A DNA stretch of 64,000 nucleotides, from contig NC_086108.1 in the NCBI RefSeq assembly GCF_963921235.1, positions 102,116,001-102,180,000 on the forward strand, given 5' to 3'. The translations under genes were made by a program, and so were the position numbers. A model generated the notes under the pieces. The model did no database searches. It worked only from the letters and a program-made list of their open reading frames with translations, and was not told the DNA's origin. Below are positions 50,201 through 62,200 of this stretch, in pieces; the first letter of the stretch is position 1; each line of letters opens with the position of its first letter. The stretch comes from Mobula hypostoma. Lineage: Eukaryota.

Positions 50201-53200
50201 AATAGTCTGTGCTTTTATTTCTTCTATTAAAGTGCAAGATCATTCACTTCCCAAACCTGTATTCCATCTGCCACTTCTTTGCCCATTCTCCTCACTTGGC
50301 CGCAAAGCCAGCAATTCCATATTCCAAATCACTGACACACAACATAAAAAGAAGCTGACCCATCACAGACCCCAATCAGAAAAAGGCTCCCTTTATTCCC
50401 AGTCTTTGCCTCCTGCCAAACAGCCAATATTCTTATACATGCTAGGACCTTTCCTGTAATACCATGGGCTCTTCATTTGTTAAGGAGACTCATATATAGC
50501 ACCCTGTCAAAGGTCTTCTGAAAATCTTGATTTAAAAAATAGTCTACGCTTTTCGATGCACATGTGATAAAGAAATCAGAATCACAATATCAACCCCGTC
50601 ATTATTTTTACGCATCTGTATACAACACCTTCTTCTGTCAGTAAATGCCCATTGCAAGACCTAAGAATACTTAAATCACATCTCACTTCGAAGGAGCCAA
50701 TATTCAAGGAAGACAAATATCGATGACAAATTCACCATGACTTCCAATGATCCAGTACAGCTTTTGGCCATCTGAAGAAAGCAGAATGTGAAGATCAACC
50801 CTTTAAGCATAGCATAAAGCTCATAGTTGACCAGGTAACAGTGACCCCTGCTCATTTCTATGTTTTTAAAAAATGGAGCACCTATAGTGGACACCTTGAA
50901 GTTCCTCATAAAACCAAGACTAATGACATAAAATTCTCCAAATCTATAAGCAAAATAAGTAAACTAATAGAAACAAAACACACAAAATGCTGGAGCAACC
51001 CAGCAGGCCAGACAGCATCTATGAAAAAGAGTAAATAGTCAACATTTCAGGCCGAGACCCGTCATCATGGGCATGACTTTTGTTGTCCTTACATTTACAT
51101 ACGTAAGTGTTTCTAAGGATATCTGAACTATATCACTAGCCATTCTTGGCATTGAAACCTTGACTTTCTGAGGATCAGACTTTCGCAGATCTGATTTCCT
51201 AACTCTTGCCAGTCTCCAAATTCTCTTAGACTACATCGAGTGTTAATTCCCCCTTATCATGTTTGTTCATCAATGGCATCATTTAAGTAAAATACATATT
51301 TATGAAGAGCTTAAAAAGGGTGTATCTTAGGGGTCTTTTCCGAAGAGCAGAGGTGTCAAAAATTAAATAGCATACTTTTATAATTCAGGGCATGAAGTTT
51401 AGAAGAAAGCTGTCAGAGAACACCCACAGTTCCCTTCCTTTGTCAGATTTCTGAATGGTTCATGAACCCATAAACACCGTTTCATTGTTCCTTTATGTTC
51501 ATTGTTATTTAGTAACTCATAGAACTTTTTATGATGAATGTTCACAAGAAAGTGAATCTCAAAGTGGTATATCGTGACATATACTGAATGTACTTTGATA
51601 ATAAATTTACTTTGAACTTATTATTTCTTTTGCATTGTACTGCTGCTGCAAACAACACAGACTTTATAAAAACCATTGTAGAGAAATGTGTCCCCACAAA
51701 ACCATAGAGTCTTCCCCAACCAGAAACCCTGGATGAGCCATGAAATTTGCAATCTACTGAGGGCAAGATTAGAGCCATTTATGTCTGGCAACGAATTAAG
51801 ATAAAAGAGGTCTAGGTACAATCTGCAGAAAGCTATCTCACATGCAATGTGGCAATTTCAGACTAAACTTGAATCATGATAGGATGCTCAATTGATGTGG
51901 CAGGGCTTGAATGCTATTACCTCTTATAAAGGGAAACCAAACAACATAGTGACAACATAGATTCACTCCCAGATGAGCTCAATGCTTTCTATGCTCAGAC
52001 TGACAAAAAAACAATGGATGAACCTTCATAAACTCCCACATCTCCCAATATACCCATGATTTTAGTCTCTGAGGCTGGTATGAGAGCACCCTTTTGGAGG
52101 ATGAACCCAAAGAAAGCAGCCAGCCCAGATGGAGTACCCAGTCAAGTACTAAACACCTGAGCTGATCAACTAGCTGGAGTGTTTACTGATACCTTTAGCC
52201 TCTCACTTCAGCAGTCTGAGGTACTCAACTGCTTCAAGCAGGCTTCAATTATACAGGTGCCCAAAAAGAACTTGGTAACCAGCCTCAATGACTATCGTCC
52301 AGGAGCACTTACATCCACTGTGATGAAGTGCTTTGAGACGCTGCTGATGAAATGTATCAACTGCCTGTGATGTGATTTATATCCTCTCCAATTTGCCTAC
52401 TAGCTGGTGCCATTGCATTAACTCTTCTCTCAAACCAAGAACATCAGGACAGCAAAGGTGCATACATCAGGATGCTCTCTATTGACTACAGCTCTGCATT
52501 CAGTACGACCATCCCCTGATAACTAGTCAATTAGCTTCAGCTTCCAGCCCTCAATAACTCCTTGTGCAATTTGATCATTGATTTCCTCACTTGCAGACAC
52601 CAGTCAGTTCGGATTGGCAACAACATCTCCTCCACAATTACAATTAGCACAGGTGCATCACAAGACAGCGTGTGTAGCCCCCTGCTTTACTCATTTTATA
52701 TTTATGACTATGAGGTTAAGCACAGCACTAATGCCATATGTAACTTTGCTGAAAACACTACTGCTAGTGGCTGAATCAAAGATGATAAAATATTAGCACA
52801 TAGGAGGGAGATTGTAAAACTGACTGAGTGGTTTCACAACAGCACCTTCTCACTCAATGTCGGCAAGACCAAGGAGATGATTATTGACATCAGGAGGAGG
52901 AAACCAGAGGACTATGAGCCACTCTTCATTGGGGAATCAGACGTGGAGAGGGTCAGCAACCTCAGTGTCATCACTTCAGAGGACCAGTCCTGGGCCCAGC
53001 ACATAAATGCAATTTAGTGGAGGAGACTAGTGTTGAAATTGCGGGGGCCATGGCAGAAATATTTAAAATGTCGCTGTCTACGGGTGAAGTGCCAGAGGAT
53101 TGGACAGTGGCTCATGTTGTTCCGTTGTTTAAAAAAGGATCGAAAAGTAATCCGGGAAATTATAGGCCAGTGAGTTTAACGTCAGTAGTAGGTAAGTTAT

Positions 53201-56200
53201 TGGAGGGAGTACTAAGAGACAGAATCTACAAGCATTTGGATAGACAGGGGCTTATTAGGGAGAGTCAACATGGCTTTGTGCGTGGTAGGTCATGTTTAAC
53301 CAATCTGTTGGAGTTTTTCGAGGAGGTTACCAGGAAAGTGGGTGAAGGGAAGGCAGTGGATATTGTCTACATGGACTTCAGTAAGGCCTTTGACAAGGTC
53401 CCCCATGGGAGGTCAGTTAGGAAAATTCAGTCGCTAGGTATACATGGAGAGGTGGTAAATTGGATTAGACATTGGCTCGATGGAAGAAGCCAGAGAGTGG
53501 TGGTAGAGAATTGCTTCTGTGAGTGGAGGCCTGTGACTATTGGTGTGCCACAGGGATCAGTGCTGGGTCCATTGTTATTTGTCATCTATATCAATGATCT
53601 GGATGATAATGTGGTAAATTGGATCAGCAAGTTTGCTGATGATACAAAGATTGGAGGTGTAGTGGACAGTGAGGAAGGTTTTCAGAGCCTGCAGAGGGAC
53701 TTGGACCAGCTGGAAAAATGGGCTGAAAAATGGCAGATGGAGTTTAATACTGACAAGTATGAGGTATTGCATGTTGGAAGGACAAACCAAGGTAGAACAT
53801 ACAGGGTTAATGGTAAGGCACTGAGGAGTGCAGTGGAACAGAGGGATCTGGGAATACAGATACAAAATTCCCTAAAAGTGTCGTCACAGGTAGATAGGGT
53901 CGTAAAGAGAGCTTTTGGTACATTGGCCTTTATTAATCGAAGTATTGAGTATAAGAGCTGGAATGTTATGATGAGGTTGTATAAGGCATTGGTGAGGCCG
54001 AATCTGGAGTATTGTGTTCAGTTTTGGTCACCAGATTACAGGAAGGATATATATATGGTTGAAAGAGTGCAGAGAAGGTTTACAAGGATGTTGCCGGGAC
54101 TTGAGAAACTCAGTTACAGAGAAAGGTTGAATAGGTTAGGACTTTATTCCCTGGAGCGTAGAAGAATGAGGGGAGATTTGATAGAGGTATATAAAATTAT
54201 GATGGGTATAGATAGAGTGAATGCAACCAGGCTTTTTCCACTGAGGCAAGGGGAGAAAAAAACCAGAGGACATGGGTTAAGGGTGAGGGGGGGAAAGTTT
54301 AAAGGGAACATTAGGGGGGGGCTTCTTCACACAGAGAGTGGTGGGAGTATGGAATGAGCTGCCAGACGAGGTGGTAAATGTGGGTTCTTTTTTAACATAT
54401 AAGAATAAATTGGACAGATACATGGATGGAAGGTGTATGGAGGGATATGGTCCGTGTGCAGGTCAGTGGGACTAGGCATAAAATGGTTCGGCACAGCCAA
54501 GAAGGGCCAAAGGGCCTGTTTCTGTGCTGTAGTTTCTATGGTTCTATGGTTCTATGAAGAAAGCACAGCAGTGCCTCTTCTTCTTTAGGAGTTTGCGAAG
54601 ATTCGGCACGACATCCAAAACTTTGACAAGCTTCCACGGATGTGTGGTAGAGAGTATATTGACTGGTTGCATCATGACCTAGTTTGAAAATTCCTACAGA
54701 AAATAGTGGATATGGCCCAGTCCATCACTGGTGAAGCCCTCACCACCATTGACCACATCTACACGGAGTGCTATCGCAGGGAAGTAGCATCCATCACCAC
54801 CAGGTTCAGGAACAGTTATTACCCTTCAACCATCAGGCTCATGAACCAGTGGCATAATCTTCATTCGTCCCATCACTGAACTGTTCCCACAACCTATGGA
54901 CTCACTTTCAATGAGTCTTCATCTCACGTTCCAGATATTATTTATTATTATTTATTTTAATTCTTTAGTATTTACACAGTTTGTTCTCTTTTGCAAATTG
55001 TTTGTTTGTCTGTCTTAAAGGGTGCAGTCTTTCATTGATTCTATTGTGTTTCTTTGATTTTCGGTGCATTCCCGCTAGAAAACACATCTCAGGGTTGTAT
55101 ATAGTGACTTATCTGTACTTTGACAATAAGTTTACTTGGAACTTTGAACAAACTTCGTGTCATACAAGTCAGAAATTCTCAGAAAGAACTTTTTCCACTC
55201 AGAATGTGCTCTGGAATCCACTGCTTGAGGTGGTGAAAGAGATAGGTATTCTCACAATATGTAAGTATTTGAAACATTAAGGCTTGGAAGGCAAGTGCTG
55301 GTAAATGGTGTTAGTATAGATAGATTCTTGATGTTCAGCATGGATTCGGAGGGTCGAAAGGCCTGTTTTGGTGCTGCATGACTCAATGACTGTGATCAAA
55401 ATGTGGCACAGGCATTGAAATGTACACACCAGTCAGATACATCAATCTGGGAGGACACAATCTTAATCACAAAAGATTTGGCTGGTGCTGGAAATCCGGA
55501 GTAACACACATAAAATACTGGAGAAACTTAGCAGGTCAGGTAGAATCTATGGAAAGGAATTAAGAGTTGATATTTCATGGATGCAGGCACAGAGTCTGTC
55601 TATATACAAAAGACAAAATTACAAATTTTCAGTATAATCTCAAACTGTTCAACCAAAGTTTCAGCATTGCTTGATCAAAATGCATTTGTGCATGCACAGC
55701 TCACACAGAAGGATGCTTGCACCATGCGCTCCAGTGCTGCTTCTGCACCTGCTGATGAAGAGCCACTCCACTGCTATGCAGTTTAATGATTCAATCCCCC
55801 CCCCCCCGAGTGACAGGCTACCTTTAAAATATTACTTGTCCACCCCATCTATTTGCCTCCTTGCTGCAGTGGAACACCAAACAATTAACAATTAAATTAA
55901 ATTGTTAAGCTACATAATGGGTACAAAAGTAATCCTGAAGCAAAAACATAGACTTATTTTATACCATCATATCACATGACATATATTGAAGTGTAACTCA
56001 CCCAGTTGGGCGCATTCTGTTGCCAGAAAAATAAAAGGGCTCCAAATCATTATATTCATCAAAAACACCCCACTGAAGATGGGCCCACTCATGTACAAAC
56101 ACTTTACCTAGAAAAATAAAAGTACATTGATACAATCAGATTTAAAACTAAACAACCACATCCATCCATGGGGAACCTTGACACAATAAGTCATCTAAAA

Positions 56201-59200
56201 GTGCTTTACTGGAGCCTTATTCAACTATATATATAGAGATATTCGAAGGGGTGACCAAAAACTTGGCCGTAGTTATAAAGGAGGGACTTAAAAGAAAGAA
56301 GAGTGGTGAAGAGTGACAGCTTATGCACAGGAAGCAGATCAGCTGGCTGTTCATTAGAATGTGCAGAAACGGTGATTGGGTGCATGGTGCAAATCTGTTG
56401 CTGTGGAAGCCATGCATGTAAAAGCACATTTTTAACAAGTAATACCAAAACTTCAGCTAAACAGAGGGATGCAGTGAGAAGAAATAATTGAACAAAATTG
56501 GTAGAGGAGAATGCAGTATCAAGAAAAAAAAGTTGGTAGGAATGGAACCCTTGTTTCTATTTTAGGAATTTGTGATTGTTCACACCACTGTTCTTGAATT
56601 CATTACAGAATCTAACTGTTTTGCAATGGAAATGAAAGCAATGTACATTCTGATTTGATAAAGCCAACAGTTCCCCTTTGAATTGCCAGTGTTAATAGAG
56701 ATAATTAGGCTGACGTTTCTGCTAGCGTCTGTCCTGTTTCAGATCTCCAGCATCTGCATGGAGTCTAAGAGCACCACAGCACAGAAACAGGCCCTGAGGC
56801 CCCTCTACCTATATCTAGCCCATCATGCTCAATACCTTTCTCATCCACGTACCTATCCACATGTCTCTGAAATGTTACAACTAAACCTGCATTTGCACCA
56901 CTCTCTGAGTGAAGAAGCTCCCCCCTTAAATTCCTCTTAAATATTTCACTTTTCATTCTACACCTATGACCTCTATTTCTAGTCTCACTCAACCAGAGGG
57001 AAAAATCCTGCATGCATTCATCCTCTCTATACCCCTCAATTTTGTATACCTCGATAAGATCTCCCATCATTTTCCGCACTTCAGTGAAGAAAGTCCTGAC
57101 CCGTTGAACCTTTCTTTAACCAGCTGTCAAAGTAATTATGGGGGAGGGAGTTGTAACTTAAGGCAGGACCCATTGATAAGCTCAGAATCAGCTTTTTGAA
57201 TAGAGGAACTTGCCCACAGACCCACTTCAAATAAAAACATGGAAATAGGTCAGATTAGACTACCAACAGGTATTGGAAAATGTGGGCTATATTTTCTTAC
57301 TTTGTGTTATCACCATTATAGTATTTTATATCAACTCCCAAAATTCACTAATTAGCTTTAACAGAAATTCAAGAGGTTGTGCAGATGCTGGAAATCTAGA
57401 GCAGCCCTCACAAAACGCTGGAGGAACTCAGCAGGTCAGTCACCATCTCTGGAAATTAATAAACCGTCAGCATTTTGGGACAAAACCCTTCATTAGGACT
57501 GGAAAGCAAAGTGAGAGAAACCATAACACGAGGAATTCTGCAGATGCTGGAAATTCAAGCAACACACATCAAAGTTGCTGGTGAATGCAGCAGGCCAGGC
57601 AGCATCTCTAGGAAGAGGTACAGTCAACGTTTCGGGCCGAGACCCTTGGTCAGGACTAACTGAAAGAAGAGCAAGTAAGAGATTTGAAAATGGGAGGGGG
57701 AGGGGGAGATCCAAAATGATAGGAGAAGACAGGAGGGGGAGGGATGGAGCCAAGAGCTGGACAGGTGATTGGCAAAAGGGATATGAGAGGATCATGGGAC
57801 AGGAGGCCCAGGGAGAAGGAAAGGGGGGAGGGGGGGAAAACCCAGAGGATGGGCAAGGGTTATAGTCAGAAGGACAGAGAGAGAAAAAGGAGAGAGAGAG
57901 AGAAAGAATGTGTGTATATAAATAAATAACGGATGGGGCACGACGGGGGGGGGGTACCTCTACCTTGCCGAGGCACAGCGACAACTCGCGGATACCTCCT
58001 CTTATTTACCCCTCGATTGTGACCCCACTAAGTAGCACCAGGCCATTGTCTCCCACACCATCACCGACTTTATCCGCTTTGGGGATCTCCCATCCACTGC
58101 TAACAACCTTACTTCCCACACCTCGCGCTTCCCGTTTCTACCTCCTACCCAAGATCCACAAACCTGCCTGTCCTGGCAGATCTATTGTCTCAGCTGGCTC
58201 CTGCCCCACTGAACTCGTTTCTGCATACCTCGACATGGTTTTATCCCCCCTTGTTCAATCCCTTCCTACCTATGTTCGTGACACTTCTCCCGCTCTTAAA
58301 CTTTTCGATGATTTTAAGTTCCCTGGCCCCCAACGCTTTATTTTCACCATGGATGTCCAGTCCCTATATACTTCCATCCCCCATCAGGAAGGTCTCAAAG
58401 CTCTACGCTTCTTTTTGGATTCCAGACCTAATCAGTTCCCGTCTACCGCCCCTCTGCTCCGTCTAGCGGAATTAGTCCTTACTCTTAATAATTTCTCTTT
58501 GGCTCCTCCCACTTCCTCCCAACTAAAGGTGTAGCTATGGGCACACGTATGGGTCCTAGCTATGCCTGCTTTTTTGGTGGCTTTGTGGAACAATCTATGT
58601 TCCGTACCTATTCTGGTATCTGTCCCCCACTTTTCCTTCGCTACATCGACGACTGCATTGGGGCTGCTTCCTGCACGCATGCTGAGCTCGTTGACTTTAT
58701 TAACTTTGCCTCCAACTTTCACCCTGCCCTCAAGTTTACCTGGTCCATTTCCGACACCTCCCTCCCCTTTCTAAATCTTTCTGTCTCTGTCTCTGGAGAC
58801 AGCTTATCCACCAATGTCTACTATAAGCCTACTGACTCTCACAGCTATCTGGTCTATTCCCCTTCTCACCCTGTCTCTTGCAAAAATGCCATCCCCTTCT
58901 CGCAATTCCTGCGTCTCCGCCGCATCTGCTCTCAGGATGAGGCTTTTCATTCCAGGACGAGGGAGATGTCCTCCTTTTTTAAAGAAAGGGGCTTCCCTTC
59001 CTCCACCATCAACTCTGCTGTCAAACGCATCTCCCCCATTTCACGCACATCTGCTCTCACTCCATCTTCGCGCCACCCCACTAGGAATAGGGTTTCCCTG
59101 GTCCTCACCTACCACCCCACCAGCCTCCGGGTCCAAAAAATTACTCTCCGTAACTTACACTACCTCCAACGGTATCCCACCACTAAACAGATCTTTCCCT

Positions 59201-62200
59201 CCCCCACTCTCTCTGCTTTGCTGAACACCTACGCTCTGTCCGCCAGAGAAAGCAGGATCTCCCAGTGGCCACACATTTTAATTCCACATCCCTTTCCCAT
59301 TCTGACATGTCTATCCACGGCCTCCTCTACTGTAAAGATGAAGCCACACTCAGGTTGGAGGAACAACACCTTATATTCCGTCTGGGTAGCCTCCAACCTG
59401 ATGGCATGAACATCGACTTCTCTAACTTCCGCTAATGCCCCACCTCCCCCTCCTACCCCATCTGTTACTTATTTTTATACACACATTCTTTCTCTCACTC
59501 TCCTTTTTTTCCCTCTGTCCCTCTGAATATACCCCTTGCCCATCCTCTGGGTTCCCCCCCCCTTGTCTTTCTTCCCGGACCTCCTGTCCCATGATCCTCT
59601 CGTATCCCTTTTGCCAATCACCTGTCCAGCTCCTGGCTCCATCCCTCCCCCTGCTGTCTTCTCCTATAATTTTCGATATCCCTTTCCCCCTCCCACTTTC
59701 AAATCTCTTACTAGCTCTTCCTTCAGATAGTCCTGACGAAGGGTCTCGGCCCGAAACGTCAACTGTACCTCTTCCTAGAGATGCTGCCTGGCCTGCTGCG
59801 TTCACCAGCAACTTTGATGTGTGTTGAGAGAAACCATAATATGAAGGTGGGGGGAAAAGAAACAGAAGGTGACAGGTGAGGCTGCGTAGGTAGGGGAGGG
59901 TGAATAAAGTGAGAAGCTGGGAGGTGATAGATAGAAAAGGTAAAGGGCCAAAGAAGAAATTCGATAGAAGAAGAGAATGGGAGAAAGGGAAGGAGGAGCT
60001 GGGGAAGTGATAGTCAGGTGACGGGAAGAGGGGTTAAGAGGGGAGAATCAACGAAGAGGGAATGCGGAGGGGTGTAACGGAATGCAGTCAACTCCCAAAC
60101 AACTTTAGTTGGGCTAGCTCAGCAGATTTTCCAGACCTTTTGATATAATACCTCAAAAAATTTGTATTTCCCTTTTTGTAAATGTTATACAGTAGCATTT
60201 TTTTCAGTGAACCCAATAAGTTCAAAGAGAGCAGAAAATAGAACCCAGTGAGCTTCAGGTTATGGGCATCAGATTGTTTCTGACCCACCTCCAATCACAA
60301 ACCTATCCATTTTTGATATTCCTGACTTTGGCACTGACTGCGCCAATGACCCGCAGTCTGGAATACCATCTCACACTTCAGACATAGATAGATGCCTGAA
60401 GAATAGATAGAGTGGATAGGCAGAGACCTTTTCCCAGGGTGGAAATAGCTAATCCAAGGGGTCACATGGAGGATCACGTAGGAGGGACGGGTTAGATTGA
60501 TCTTAAAGCAGATTAAAAGCTTGTCACAATATCGTGGGCCAAGGGTCCTGTACTGTGCTATAATGTTCATTGTTCAGACTAGTGAGGCAGTCATTTGGAT
60601 TTCCCAATTGATCATACACTGGATTATCAATGTTTTACTTTATTTAACATGTTCTGAAGTGTACTTCCTCAACGGACTTTTGATATTCATTGCTGCAATC
60701 TCCCAGCTTTGCCTGAAATATCATTAAGGGAAGATTTTGCTCTACTTCAGCACCAACAACCAAATACAAATGATTTATCGGGAAATTCCAACCAGTTGCA
60801 TGTTTGAAAACATTTTCTACCAAAATTGTTACCTCGTGGACCATAAATAGGGATGACACTATCATTCAGCATGAAGCTGGGGGTCAGGTGAATATATCGG
60901 CCCCGTTCACCACATCTGCCATACTGGAGGGTGTACGGATCATCACCAAATTTAACGTTTGAATCAGCAATGATCACATCAGCCTAGTAAGAAAAAGACA
61001 GAGGAATTGAAGTCAAAAAAAGCTACTGTTAAACATAAACAATAAAAGCATGGACATACAAAGAGAGAAATGAGTATCAACAGAAAATGTAAAGACCGTA
61101 CATCATCAGACCGGAATTAGTTCATTCAGCCTGTTGTGTCTGCTCCTTCATTCCATCACTGTAGTACAGCAGTTAGTGCAACACTATTATGGTTCGAGGT
61201 GTTGGAGTCAGAGTTCAAATCCTGTGTCCTCTGAAAGGAGTCTGTATAGCCTCCCTGTGGAATGTGTATGTTTTTGTCAGGTGCTCCAGTTCCTCCCACA
61301 GTCCAAAGACATACTGGCTAGGTTAATTGGTCATTATAAAGTTGTCCCGTGATTAGGTTAGGGTTAATTGGGGGTTGTAGGATTGCTGGGGCAGGCTGTC
61401 TTGAAGGGCCAGAAGGGCCTACTCCAAGATGTATCACTAAATAAATAAAATAAATCATGGCTAATTTATTATCTGTCTCAACCCCATTCTTCTGCCTTTG
61501 ACACCCTTACCAAACAAGAACCCTATCAACTTTTTCTTTAAATTTAGCCAATGACTTGGTCTCCACGGTCATCTGTAGCAATGAATTCACAGAGTCAACG
61601 CCCTCTGGTTAAAGAAATTCCTCCTCACTCTGTTCTAAAGGGACTTTCTTTTATTCTGAAGTGTGCCCTGTGGTCCTAGACTCTCCCACTAAAGACACTT
61701 CCTTTTCTGGGTGTGTTAATTAAAATTATAAAGGAATAAAATATTTTCATTGGATTATCATTTTAAGCCAATATGTATTGATCACATCCAAATTTTGATC
61801 AAGGATGTGAAACTATTAAAGGAAACATATCTCCAACTTTAAAGGCTTACAGAGATTTCACAATCTCAACAATAAACAAATAGCTCTTCACTTTGCAACT
61901 CTAAATGACCAATTCCTTACACTGACATACGCCCATTTGTTCTAAAATCAATCTCATCATCTAAAAATTGGAAGGAAACCCATGTATATATAAGTGATGG
62001 TACAACTCTGAAATTCATTTCTATGAATGAAAATTGAAGGGTCAAATGTAAATTTTAAATCTGAGATTGATAATTTTTGTCATATAACACAGCTATATGA
62101 CAACATGTCACAGACAGCCATGACTTCACAGATTAAATTTGATCACGATTCAAGACTAAATGACTAACTTTTGTTCCTAAAATAAAACAAAATGCTGAAG

